A stretch of DNA of 60,016 bases, the filler included, from Sphacelaria rigidula (lineage: Eukaryota): the NCBI GenBank assembly GCA_964200075.2. It is 5 parts of 5 records of this genome, joined end to end, with 100 filler letters (N's around TTAATTAATTAA, not from the genome) between each part and the next. Parts side by side here need not be neighbours in the genome. Positions count along the whole stretch, not along the records: positions 1 to 11,924 come from CAXNAA020004330.1; 4 more parts are not named here. The stretch is one strand, 5' to 3'. A program made the position numbers and the translations under genes. How positions within the stretch are numbered: the stretch's first letter is position 1; each line of letters opens with the position of its first letter. Positions 1 through 12,024 of this stretch are shown here, one piece after another. Under the pieces are notes generated by a model. That model did not search any database. It saw nothing but the letters and a program-made list of their open reading frames with translations, and had not been told where the DNA came from.

Positions 1-177
1 GTAAAAGTGGTGTCAAGCAGTATGAATGAGCGTTATTTATCGGAAGCAAGCGCGTTTGAACAACCGTTGCTGCTATTAACGACGATTTCAAGTAGATATT
101 CGTGGAAGAAAACGGTCCAAATTACTCCCCCCCCAATCGTAGCATGACTCCACTCCTCTCACCTCCCCATGTCCCAG

Positions 178-3100
178 AAGCATAAAATGCGCTTTGACAG
201 CACTCAAATAGAAGGGCCGGCTTGTCGCCCATTTGAGTCTGTGTGGTATCTTTACCACCAAGCACTTGACCATAGCCTGAGTTTCGCGTTTAAATACTTC
301 CGTAACATGGACTGCCCCCCGAAATGCCGCGCGCTCAGTACAGCCAGGCAAGCGTGTGCCGGTCAAGCCAATTATGTTGTAATATTCCTTGAGCACACCG
401 TCGTTTATACCGTGATCTCTTCCCCCCAACCCCAACACAAAAACGCAGGTTGACATATACTTGTGCCGGAAGACCCGAGCACGTCGTGGAAATGGCAGCG
501 CAACAATGGATGCCGCCACTGGGGCTTGGGTGGGTGAAGACACACGAATGAAATACATAAGATAGATGGTGTGACAGTGCAATAGTGCAACGCTGAACTT
601 TGTAAAAAAATATACACGGTAGCTCCATTTATACCGCGCTCTTGCGCCATCAACGCTACTTCCCACGAGAACAAAACTTCTGCGTGTCCTGCACCGCCAT
701 ACCATGACCTCTGTTTTGCTGTTGCTGTTCTTCTGTTTGATGCCTTATCTCGCGCTCCTTTATTTCCAGGCTGCTCTGGTCCACCACGGAGCGGGATGCT
801 CCAGAGTGCAGCGAAAAATGTGGGGACACGCAGGACATCTGCCCAACTGCGCATCCGTCGCCGGCCGGATCATACTATGGCTCCATCGAGAACCCGGCCC
901 GTGATATCTCGTTTGTCGGTGACGCCGGGTGCGATGATATCAACAAACCAGCAAGGCAACGCTCGTTCGGCTGGCATGAGCGAGAAGGTAATATGTTACT
1001 GTTTGCCGGCATTCAGTACTTTCCAGTCCTTCCCAAGGCTGTTGTTCCCGTAACAGCTGATCATCGGAATTGAGGATGGGGCTTTTCATTTAGGATGACA
1101 ACGCGGAAATTGAAATCTTCGCATCCACACCAATTCGTCGAGATATGTGTAACACGTGAGGGGACCGCGTGCATAGGAGATCGCATCGGAATTCAAACAC
1201 CCTTATGGTTAGGGTTAGGGTCAGGGTTAGTGTTGGGGTTAGGGCCAGGGGCGTGGTCCCTGCAGGGACCGGGCCGATTGGTTGTGAAAAACGTCAACCC
1301 TGAGGTGTTTTGAACCACGATGCGGTCCCCCACGCGGTCCTCTCACGCATTACAATATGGTTCAATTCCTTCATATTCTAGTAGCTATTGATAACCACTA
1401 CACGCCATGAAAAATTGGATTCCGATTAACGAAATTTGGGGTCCTAGGTGAAAAAACAATGTTGGTGAACTTTCAGTGATCCGACCGGATCGCTTTAATT
1501 CCCAAGGATTATTTTGGCACCTAGAACCCTCAAATTTCGGTCATCGGAACCCATTTTTATTGGAGTGTAGTAGTTATCGATACTGTAGCTACCAGCAGAT
1601 GAACGAGTGGAATTATATTTCGAAGAATTGGCATGGATGCGAAGATTCTAATTTTCCGGGATAGCATCCTCAATGAAAAGCTCCACCCTCAATTTCGATG
1701 AACGGCGGCCGTTCTGTTGTAATGCGTGAGAGGACCGCGTGCTTAGAGGACCGCATTGGAGTTTGAACACCCCTATGGTTACAGTTAGGGTTGGGGTTAG
1801 GGTTAGTGTTGTTGTTAGGATCAGGGGCGTGGTACCTGCAGGGACTGACCCGATTGGTTTTGAAAAACATCGATTCTGAGGTATTTTGAACTACGGCGCG
1901 GTCCTCTAAGCACGCAGTCCTCTCACGCATTACACCGTGATGTTCACAAGGTACATTCCCAGTCAAGTCCCATGTCACCGGGGAAAGATATCGACTGTGT
2001 TACACTATTGCAGTTGAATCACTATGGTTCCGCGGGGCAACAGCGCCACCGTGCAGACGAAAAATAAATGACGTTAGCATCACCCCGCCTCCACTCCCTT
2101 CACGTCCGCTGCCCCGCCGCCCTGCATGAAGTGTCGGCAGGTAGCGTGTTCGGAGAGTGCGACATCGGCAACGTTTACGAGATCGTGGATGAAGTCGACA
2201 CGTTTCCCGCTCTCGAGCAAGATTCCCCGCCAGCTCTCCCGCTGGAAGCGACTCGGGCGCCTTCTGAGCCTGCGTTGGACGACGCTTCGACAGGTGGTTT
2301 CTGGGCGAGATCCACAGCCTGGCTGTCGGATGCCGTCGTCCAGTTTGTATGGGGCGACGGCGCACTCCGAGGCGACGAAACTGCAGCTCCACGGCCTGAG
2401 ACGAGGCAGGAAAAACTGCGCCACCGTCTGAAGGCGCAAGCAACCACCATCGAAATCTTCGATCTCCCCCATAACGAGGTCATCGCGCAGGATAACCTTG
2501 CGCACATACGGGTAGACACCAATCGTCTACCTGACAATGAGCACAAAAGTCTCATTGAGACGGTCCTAGTGAGCACCGCCCAGCAGTACCCCATGGGGGG
2601 GTACAATCAGGTGCGTCATTTTTCATGTTCATTCATTCGTTCGTTCGTTCATGGTTGGCCGGCAACAAAGACCACAACGAATCAAAACAACGATGAAAAA
2701 CTGCACGATTTCTGTACCTCCGATTCCTTTTCTCCGTTGCCGATATAATGCTTGCTCCTTCTGTTTTTCGCAACGCAATGCAGGGTGGTGAATCTGCCGC
2801 CGGCAGAATCATCGAGGCCGTCGGTCGAGATTACGCACTCGTGGAAAAAGTCTACGGGATCTGGGCTTTGTCCACTTCTTGGATAGTTTCCCGAGTTATC
2901 GAGGGAACACAGACGCCTCTGTACAAGGTAAGTATCTGAGATTCAGCTCTAGCTCTAGCATGTCTCTGTTTACTCCCGATCTTGCTTCGCCTTCAGAAGT
3001 ATGGATATATATATATATATATATATATATACGTTTCGGTTTCATGACTACAAATATTCTCACTCAGTGACAGTCAGAAACCACAGCAACAGAAGTGCCA

Positions 3101-4987
3101 ATAAGCTTTTTTTGATGACCAGAACCACATAATTATTAAGCAGAAGTGCCAGCTTACGGCGTGTTTCGTTCGACCGGTTTTATTTGAATTTCCATTCACT
3201 TCCGTCAGGTTTCGACTCGTGTGTGTCACTGTGTGCTCCTTGAACATTGGCACAGGCACTGGCGTTCGTGTGGGGAGTGCTGGCCACTGAAGCACCGGAG
3301 GTCGTGACTTGGCTGATGGCGGAAGAAACCATGTGCCTTGATCAGTGCGTTGATAATGAGATATTCGACGTCCTCTTCGTTAACGTATTCCAGAGGTGAG
3401 TGTGTACATGCGGGTCTTGCATTAATTTCTATACGGTAGTGGGCGGTCTAACTATTAAGGGGTGTTTTGGGCATTTCCTCGCGTACTACTCTTCGATAGA
3501 ACTCGAAATTGTTAGCGTCGGTAGATTTTGGTACAATGAACAAATTATCCTCGAAACACAGTGTCCAAGGCAGTGTCAGTTGGTGTTATTGGGCGAAACG
3601 AGTAAAACTCCCGTTTATCATGAGGGTGTTATTGACCGTGAAACAAAGTTTTTCGGCCTTAGTGCAATAAGTAGGCAGAATTTCTGAAAAATAAAACTGT
3701 ACATTTCTTAACAAATATGATCGGGATAGGCTCGATCGACCGAAAATACAAAAGAGTAGGAATCTGGACTGAAACGTGGCAGGACCCCCGATGACCGGTC
3801 AGGCCGTAAGTCACTCAATATTGAGTACAGATGTTTTCTTCTTCTCGGAATGTGGAGCGGATACAAATATCTTCAGATCCCCGATGTGATTAGCGATGAC
3901 AAGCTAAAAGAGTCCTAGAAAATAACCAAATACGAAAAAACCACAAAATGCCATAATAAGATGAATAGTTAGACCGCCCACTACTACTGTACCTTCAAGG
4001 GTAGCTCTAAAAGCCTAACCTCGTTATTTTTTTGTATTGCCAAGAAGCAGCAGGGGTGAGGGATGTCCAGGAAGCAAACAGTTTACCCATTGAACCAGAC
4101 GGTGGTGATAGTATTGAGGAAGAAGGTAGTAATAGCAGCAGCGGCAGTGACAGCAGCCGTAGTGGTCGTAGTAGAAGCAGCAGCAGCCGCAGCAGCCGTA
4201 GTAGTAGCAGTAGTTGCAGGAGTGGTGGTGGTGGTATGGGTGGTGGTTGTAGCCGTAAGTCGCGTGTGCGTTACTCTGCGTCTACTGCTGACGTATTTTC
4301 CTTGTCCTTTCTTGCCTCTCCACTTCCTTCCTGTTATGTTTTGCCCCATCGTCGTGTGCCGTCGTGTAGTGCGCTTAATTCAATGTGCTCGCGGTGCGAG
4401 TTCGGCCCCGAGGTGATGGACGCCATCATAGAGGCAACTGCCAAATCGGGCTGGGACGCGCCTGCTGTTTCGCTATGGGTAACCACAGCTCTCCTCGTCC
4501 TCGCCACAGAGGACGAGTCCCGGGGAGTCGGCCAGGTATGTTCTGTGTTATACTTTTCGTAAAGTCGCTGTGCTCGCCCAAACTGTATCAAACACCGGTA
4601 TCTAGTCCTCAGCGTAGTCTAGAGGTGTGTAGTACGTGATTTCAGTCCCCGCATTTTGTTCGTGTGATGCATCGCTACCGTACAGCTCTTGTATATTTTT
4701 GAAGTGAAGGACAAAGAGTTGACCCCGCCGATGCTTCCTCGGCTCTTGTGGGCCTCATGCAAACACCTATAGTGTTACGCTAGGTGTGACATTATATATG
4801 TGTGTGTGTGCCTCTGTTCATCAACGATTTGCTTGAAACGCAGGAAACATGCATGCAGCATCGGCTTCATCACGCCGCTCAGCGCATCGCCGCTTTCAGC
4901 GACTTGGAAGCGTCTGCACCCGTACCCCTACAATCCTTCATTCTGCAGTACAGGCAGGACGGGAGGTACACGGTGGGTACAGAGTGA
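178..4987 (+). CDS. Divergent TBC (Rab-GAP) domain protein, multi-exon, 5' partial. Core exons 2141-2610, 2784-2927, 3256-3395, 4370-4535, 4844-4987; probable upstream exons 178-347, 449-529, 770-987
   Basis: Spliced translation gives IRVDTNRL (IxxDxxR Arg finger) and QYPMGGYNQ|G (YxQ Gln finger). Core introns are GT-AG with matching phases. Upstream exons chain in phase, one through a GC donor at 348. The 3' end is uncertain: the last exon could instead splice to a candidate exon at 8803-8937. Confidence 0.72.
1052..1713. mobile_element. Foldback MITE (family A), intronic, interrupted by a nested telomere-repeat element
   Basis: Start TCATCGGAATTGAGGATGGGGCTTTTCATT is the near reverse complement of end AATGAAAAGCTCCACCCTCAATTTCGATGA; related copies at 8323-8755 and 19453-19911. 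Confidence 0.8.
1148..1354. mobile_element. TGT...ACA TIR element containing degenerate (TTAGGG)n, copy 1
   Basis: About 24-bp TIRs TGTAACACGTGAGGGGACCGCGTG / CACGCGGTCCTCTCACGCATTACA; flanked by 5-bp ATATG duplication (1143-1147, 1355-1359). Confidence 0.85.
1718..1934. mobile_element. TGT...ACA TIR element containing degenerate (TTAGGG)n, copy 2
   Basis: TIR TGTAATGCGTGAGAGGAC / GTCCTCTCACGCATTACA; collinear with 1148-1354. Confidence 0.85.
3005..3031. repeat. (TA)n microsatellite
   Basis: Directly visible; another at about 35282-35308. Confidence 0.95.
3434..3989. mobile_element. Tc1/mariner-type MITE in TBC intron
   Basis: Perfect TIR core TAGTGGGCGGTCTAACTATT / AATAGTTAGACCGCCCACTA, TA flanks; internal sequence homologous (inverted) to about 39430-39700. 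Confidence 0.8.
4105..4260. repeat. Mixed GTA/GCA/GTG trinucleotide low-complexity tract (intronic)
   Basis: Directly visible; lies upstream of the 4369 acceptor. Confidence 0.85.
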
Positions 4988-6360
4988 CCATACTCTGTCG
5001 ATCCGCGTCGTGGAGAAAGTTCACTGGATCTCGTGTATTTACCCTTGGCCGTCACGGGATTATGATTCGATGTTTTTGTGTATATGTAGAGTTATGTATT
5101 TAAGGTGTTGGATTCTGCCAGTATATTATGGTCATGTGTCTCTTCTCGGTGCTCAGTTTAATTCGTTTGCCTCTCACCCTTCCTTCTTTCTGTATTCACT
5201 TCCCCTTCCTCGGGTGTGCTTTTGCGAGTCCTCTCGTTCATTTTCGTCGGGTATGTACGTGTGTCTTGCGCCCTCATCCCGATTTGTTGTGGATCACCTG
5301 GTGGTGGTGGTGTGCGGCCTCCATTCAATCGAACAAGAAATCAGTCAACCATTCTGTACTCAGAGAGCGTTGGTCTATTTCACGATCCGACTTTGCGCAT
5401 CCCTATCGGTGTCAATTGGGGGACTTTGTTGCGTTTCGGCTCCGGTTCTGTCTACGAGGGCCGCGTGTTGCTGCTTCTTCGTGAGCACTTGACTCAGGTA
5501 GTTCACAAACCACCCTTCGATAGATGTACGTAATAGCGCTCAGGGCGTGCCGTTGGTTATTTCCTTGTATTTTGAGGTTTGGTTTTTCCATGTAAAAATG
5601 TGGTATCGGTTCCGGTCCCCAGTGGATTTTTGGTTTATTGTGTTTTTTTATTATGTTGTGGTTTCGACTTAGTAGGATGCTTTTGGGGGTTGGCACTTAG
5701 GCTTGACTATAGTTGTGATTTCGAGTTCGGTTTCGCTTGTGCAGTCGACCTTCCTTGTTTCTCTCTTTTTTTTTTTACTTGCTGATTGTTATGTGGTTCG
5801 AAAGCTTGTTGTGCACACACAAGGTGTCTTTATGGCATGCGTATCCTCCAATCCCACGGGGGCACACATGATTTGTCTCCTCCTCCGGGTTTGCGTTCTC
5901 GGGTGTCATTTTATCTCCGTTGTTCGACTGTCGAATATCGGCGTTTAGCTTGGGTGTTGTTTGAAATGGTGGTGTTGAGGGGGGCGGTGATGTGGGTACT
6001 GGTGACTTCACCAGAACTATATTATGAGTATATGGAGGGGGGAGAACAGTAGCTTGTAGCAATGTCATGAAACAATACATGTGTACGAATACCTTTTTAT
6101 TTTTTTCTCGTACTTTGAACCTCTCCGTTTCCTCGGGACGAGCTCAACCCCTCAAGAGCTCAAAACAGTTCGCCCCCGGCACCTTATCGGCTCTTGTCCA
6201 GGATTGCATCAGTACTCCCGCACCCTGCCGGCTCTTGTCGAATTTTCCTTGCCACTCACGTCCTCACGCTTTCAATGGCGAAAACCCTACTGAAAACCCG
6301 ACATCAGATTTTGAAAAAAAAATACGGCATTATTTGTTGGAGTTCGGATCTGCAGTCAAA

Positions 6361-6612
6361 GACACTTTCTACGACCCCCCCCCAAAAAAAAACAGCCCAA
6401 AAGTGTCACGAAACAATGGTCATACGGCGCTTGATGTTTGAGTCCAGGCTGCATGAAGCCCGTTATATGGGTGACATTGGCGAGAACGAACCCAAGCGTA
6501 GGAATTCCCAGCTTCTCGTTGTGCTCGGCTTCTTACGTTTCGATTCACGTGAAGATTTTACCTCCCCAAACCAGGAATGTTTTTTTGGGGGGGGGCTATC
6601 GTAGAAAGTGTC
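6361..6612. mobile_element. Small TIR MITE (family B1)
   Basis: TIR GACACTTTCTACGA / TCGTAGAAAGTGTC; diverged relative at 7322-7576 (GACTAATGCTA / TAGCATTAGTC); near 4-bp flanking duplications. Confidence 0.7.
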
Positions 6613-6919
6613 CAACCTCGCCATTGATTACCGATTAGACCATCGGGGCGCTGTGGCTCAATGTTTTATACCAGATGGTGGAACGAGGTGTTGAACAGGA
6701 ATGCCGGCCCTTCCCGAGCCCAGTCTATCGGTCGCAGTCCCGGCGAGTCGAAACAGAGGATCATGAAAAGTGGGGTTCAACACAAACATGAAATTCAACT
6801 CCAAAATAGTGATTTCCTTGGCCTAAATTCATGGCAAATTAGTTTCATATCGATGACCTCATCCCGCCCGACCTCCTTGAAACTATACTGGGGGTTTCCC
6901 GTCTTCCGTCCCCCTAGAG

Positions 6920-7174
6920 AAACAATACTACGGTATATGAGTAATTTTTTGCAAAATCGTGTCCGGTTCAGGGGCTCCTAACAATTCTAGATGCCCAAGA
7001 ATATATGTCAGGGCGTCTGCGTTTGCAAATTCAATCGGGACAACCCTAGCACATTGAAATAACAATCCAGGCGTACTCTCACATATTTCGTAAGTCGTGT
7101 TTTGCATGAGATAAAGGTCTCCAAACAGCTTTAACCTCAGAAAGTATTTGCGCATCCCTACCGTAGCATCACTC
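6920..7174. mobile_element. About 255-bp MITE, GAG..CTC consensus termini, 4-bp TSD (Sola-like), copy 1
   Basis: TSD AGAG/AGAG; inverted relative to the copies at 10675 and 49435; left terminus mutated. Confidence 0.8.
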
Positions 7175-7321
7175 AGAGAGTATGTGCGAAATCACCATTT
7201 TCGGACTGAAACGCGCCACTTTTCTCACCCCGAAATCGAGGTAGAAATGTGCTTTCGCGTATACCATTCATTTGGGGAACGGACGGCTGAAACAAAATAA
7301 AAATAGTTTCAAGGGGATTAG

Positions 7322-7576
7322 GACTAATGCTACGACAGCGTCCCCCCCAAACCAGCCTAAATCTGTCACGAAGAAAATTTTCATACAGTTCAGCGCATGA
7401 TGTTTGGTTTCAGACTTCACAAAGCGCCTCATATGGGCGACATTGGCGGAACATATCTCAAGCATGGGAATTCCGAGCTGCTCGTTGTGCTCAGTCTTTT
7501 TCATTTTGATTCACGTGTAGATTTTGCCTCCCCGAACCAGCCACATCTTCGGAGGGAGATATCCTAGCATTAGTCT
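7322..7576. mobile_element. Small TIR MITE (family B1 relative)
   Basis: TIR GACTAATGCTA / TAGCATTAGTC; internal similarity to 6390-6580. Confidence 0.65.
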
Positions 7577-8322
7577 CAGGAGGCATGAGGTTGTTCATAT
7601 GAAAGCCATTAATTTGTCATTACTTCAGGTTAGCGAAAGCACAATTAAGGAGTTGAAACTCATTTTTATGTTCAACTCCATTCGCCACCCTTTGTTTCTG
7701 TTGGATCGGTTGTTTGTTATAGAAGCCCATTTTTACTCGCGCCAACAGTCACGTATGGGTGCGATATAACCAGCAAGGTGTTATGCATACAGAGCTCAAC
7801 CCTTTCAAGGTTTAGTGTGATCGGTCGGTGATATCCTTGAGATATCCGAGGATCACGTGTGCCTCCCTGTTGGGAATAAGCCCCTTAGTCCAGCGTATTA
7901 TATATTTATGCATATATGTGTGTGTAAGATGTATCCCTCGATCCCCCGATTTATCGGGACCAGCTCGTAGTCTCACAAAGATTGACTCATCTCTCTCCAG
8001 GTACGCACCTTCTTGTACTTTGGTATCGTCGACTGTGTCAGCACTCGATCGAATCAGCATTCCGGCATCGCATGGCTTCTCGTCAAATGAGTTCTTGTCG
8101 CGCGATTCTGAATCTCACCTCTTCAACGACGGAAATTAGACACGTTTCAGAGAGAAGATACAAATTATTGCATCGCCCGAAAATCGAACCCGAATTTCCA
8201 ACCTAAATGTGCGACATGTGCTGTTTAGCTGCCTCGTTATAAAAAAATTCCAAGCCGAAAGAGCCACAGAAAATTGCTGAGACTCATGCTTCGAATGTGG
8301 CGATCATGGGTTTTCGCACTCT

Positions 8323-8755
8323 ACACGGGATTTTACGGAGTGGGGGTGGATTTTTGTATTGAGGATGAGAACCCGGAGAATTAAAATATTCGTATCCACA
8401 CCAAATCTTCGAAATACAGTTCCACTCTTTCCCCTACTGCGGTAACTATTGACATCTACTACACGACACACAAATTTGGAACCTGATGATCAAAATGTTG
8501 GGGTTCTAGTTGAAAAACAATTTTGGGGAATTTAGATCGCCGGAATTCCCCCAAATTGGGTTTTTACCCAGGACCCCAATACTTCGGTTATCGAAACCCA
8601 AGCTTGCATGGCGTGTAGTAGTTGCCAATAGCTACCAGCAAGTGAAGAAATGGGACCAAATTTCGAAGATTTATTTACTGTGGATACGAAGGTTTTAATT
8701 CTCCGAGTTTCTCCTACTCAATGAAAACCCATCACCAATTTATAAAATTCCGTGT
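8323..8755. mobile_element. Foldback MITE family A
   Basis: ACACGGGATTTTA...AAAATTCCGTGT termini, long imperfect inverted arms. Confidence 0.8.
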
Positions 8756-9826
8756 TGCTCCGAGTGTTTTATGTAACAAAAAAACAACGCAGCTCTATAC
8801 AGCTTCTCTTCTGCAATGTGTACGAGGTTTCACGCGGTGCTCGACGAGGACTCCTCACTCCTCGCGTGCATCGTCCCACACAAACTACCGGTGTGGTTCA
8901 ACTCACAGCAGAGACTGCACACAAAAACAGGAACCAGGTGAGGACTTGAGGTGCAAACTAAAGCACCGACTCGCCCACCCCTCATTCATACCCTCCCTTA
9001 TTTGCTACACCTGATCATTTCTTCGTGGTCAACCTGCTTCCTTGCCACCGAAGGCACTAGCCATCTCTCCAACTCTGGTGCTCGTCATGTGTGTGATCTT
9101 GCCATGATCCATTCACATCAAATCGGACACGTACGGCAATAGCCACTTTACGCCCCCCCCGGCCGCAGCTATTATAGCGCTTCGATTGTACAAGCGGCGT
9201 GTAAACGTATTTTCCAGGCAAGAAAACAGTGGCGCCGGCTGGCGGCATCCCTATGCTCCGCACACCTGGCCGTCAGTCAGATCAGTACACCACAGCGCTC
9301 AAAAAGTGTATATTTGGACACAGATAATTCAGCAAAACATCAAAAGCGCGCTACTTGATCTACCAACAAATCGGATACACAAGTACTGGTTAGGTTGCCG
9401 TAGTAACACGTGTTGGACCAACCGGAAGGTATTCGTTTTTTCGCTCAAGCATAGTACGTACTACAATAGGAAACGTTCAACTCTGATAATATAGTCAACA
9501 TGATGTCAGATACATTGGCTCTCGACCTGCGGCTTGGCCATATTCCATTTGTGATCCTTGTTCATGTTGAACGCGGTTTCCCCCTGATACATCACTGTAC
9601 AAGGGTTCCCCTGTGATGAAGATCTCAAGCGGTGGTATATCCGCCTGGTGAATGGATATAATAATAGTGTTGCCGTAGAAGTATTTTCAGGGTGTGCTAT
9701 TCCTAGCTTTCGTCTGAAACGCATCGTGATAGAGGAATTTCCTGAAAGTGAGGGCACAAGGTAGCAAAAAGTAGCTGATGAGCCACGCAACATGTCCTCT
9801 AAAACTAGTCAGCTAGGTAATTCTTT

Positions 9827-10298
9827 CACGGTGGCATTGCATGAACGTAAACGATACTGAGCAAACAGTTCTACAAAGTGAGTTTGTACGATGAAATGAG
9901 GTTCAAGCCCGAAACAGTGCTTTCCCCCACACTTTCAGCGATGGTTCTTACTGTCTTTTGTCGGCCTAATGCCCCTCGATCACGTAGATACTTCTTCAGC
10001 GCATTTTACCGACTTTATGAGCTAACAGAGCTTACCGAAACTGTCGTTTTCCCCGATACCCCTCCCCCCCCCCCTTAAAAATCAAGGAAAATGACGATTT
10101 TGGCCAGCGCTGTTGGCTCACAGAGTCCAGGAAATGTGCTGAAGAAGTATGTACGCGATCGAGGGGCATTGGGCCGACAAAAACGTCATTGGGCACCATT
10201 GCTGAAAGTGTGGGGAAAACTCTGTTTCGGGCTTGAACCCCACTTCATCGTATAACCCCATTTTATAGAACTGTCTGTTACTAGGTGGTGCCACGGTA
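9827..10298. mobile_element. Foldback MITE
   Basis: Arms GGTTCAAGCCCGAAACAG..CCCCACACTTTCAGC vs GCTGAAAGTGTGGGG..CTGTTTCGGGCTTGAACC; termini ACGGTGGCA / TGCCACGGT. Confidence 0.75.
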
Positions 10299-10674
10299 GG
10301 TGTGCGCAAACCTTTTCTGAGATTCTTCACCTTAGGATCCCGGCAACGAGAAACATCCGGGTCAAGGTGTGCCACCTCAGACGACGTTTGGTCTATACAG
10401 TTCACTCCTGGTGTGGCAGCACTCTATTGTGGGGTGACCAAAAAAACAACGACCAACAATGGACCAGGATGTTTTTGAAACTCTCTGTCGCATATTCTCG
10501 TGTACTATTAACCCCTGCCACCGAGCGCCCACAGTTGAACACTTCCGTCTGACAGTTCGTCGCTATACAACTGAACATGGAGCCAACCCAACGACATATA
10601 TTACTATAACTATTTTTTGCTGACACTGATAGACTTAGAATTGGCTGGCGTTTCGGGAATTGCAAAAACGTTCA

Positions 10675-10930
10675 GAGTGATGCTACGGTAGGGGTGCACA
10701 AATATTTTCTGAGGTTAGAATTGTTAGGAGCCCTTTATCTCATGCAAAACACGACCTATCAAATATGTGAAAGTACGCCAGAATTACTGCTCTAATGTGC
10801 TGTGGATATCCCGAATGGATTTACACACGAGGATACCCTGACCCATATTTTTGTGCATCTAGAATCGTTGGGAGCCCCTGAACTAGACATAATTTCGCGA
10901 AAAAAGTCCACCCCTACGGTAGCACTGCTC
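10675..10930. mobile_element. Sola-like MITE copy 2
   Basis: GAGTGATGCTACGGTAGGGGTG / CACCCCTACGGTAGCACTGCTC; TSD TTCA/TTCA. Confidence 0.82.
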
Positions 10931-11169
10931 TTCAGTTCCTTTAATAGCTGCTTCAAATGTGAAAATCAAGGACTCTTGTACTGTGCGCCAAACTTCACGA
11001 AGCGAAACGAGCAATGCCACGATAGGGCGCACTCTTGTCTTATGAGGCTCCTTTCTGCTGAAGCCTCTCGATCACAAATATCTAGCCAGGCCTTAGCGTG
11101 CAGCCTCAGAAAATGTTTGGACTGAAAAGTGAACGCCTACCGAGTCATTACTCAAACAAAGGCTCCAAG

Positions 11170-11755
11170 GCAAAAACAGTCGTATGTGCGTACGTAGTTG
11201 CCACGACGTTGGCGCCTTGAGAGATCCAATACTACTCTCTACAGCTTGATGCACAAACGCCCTACCTGGAATGTTGTCGATGGGGTCTGGGTTTACAACA
11301 ATTTGTCGACCAACCGCCAAGGTGCCGACAGGGCTGCCAACGAGACAGTTTTAATACTAAATTCTCCCTTAACTGGGCAGGGCCATTTAAGATCCTGAAA
11401 GTTGGACCCTCACCATCATCACCTGATGGAAAACCTGTTGGAGACAAACTTCTTTTTCTTGACCTCCCTCGCGACCTTTAAGGACATGATGCTCAATCTC
11501 GCCTCTCTACGCACCGATACAAACCTTGCACGAACCCGCATGACATCAGTGACATGCCCAAATGCCTGTCTGTTGGTCTCACAGAACACGTGTTTACCAG
11601 CTGTTCGACCAAGTCACCGCCTAATCACGTGACCACCGACGACGTGACCGAACAACCACCCCACTTGGCCGTGTCCTATATCTCTCACCACCAGATCACT
11701 CGCGGTCGAGGAGGCAAGATTGCGGTCATGTACGAGACCCACTGACAAGGTCTCC
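11170..11755 (+). pseudogene. Degenerate Ty3/Gypsy integrase C-terminus (GPF motif and downstream chromodomain-like region)
   Basis: Frameshifted translation includes KFSLNWAGPFKILKVGP..GDKLLFLDLP and ISHHQITRGRGGKIAVMYETH*; W-x-GPF-x-I is the Ty3/Gypsy GPY/F motif. Confidence 0.75.
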
Positions 11756-11924
11756 GGGGAGCACTTTTTTTTTTCCTCACACTTTGAACCTCTCCCCTTC
11801 CTCGGGATGAATCCGTCGTCACAAGGGATGAACCCATCTGTCCCCCGGTACGCGCCTTTCATTTTGGTCTCGCGGATTGGGTCAGCACTCTCGCACCCCG
11901 TCACCTCCCGTCACACAAACCCGG

Positions 11925-12024
11925 NNNNNNNNNNNNNNNNNNNNNNNNNNNNNNNNNNNNNNNNNNNNTTAATTAATTAANNNNNNNNNNNNNNNNNNNN
12001 NNNNNNNNNNNNNNNNNNNNNNNN
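11925..12024. other. Artificial contig linker N44-TTAATTAATTAA-N44
   Basis: Exact 100-bp spacer, stops in all six frames. Confidence 0.99.

Noticed and set aside
1207..1245. True telomere or chromosome fusion site
   Set aside because: Short, degenerate, and enclosed in a TIR element with a TSD
4032..4369. Ser/Arg-rich coding segment
   Set aside because: Trinucleotide microsatellite upstream of a polypyrimidine tract and the phase-matching acceptor at 4369; intronic
11969..11980. TTAATTAATTAA as a biological motif
   Set aside because: Identical, centred in N-runs at every junction; assembly spacer
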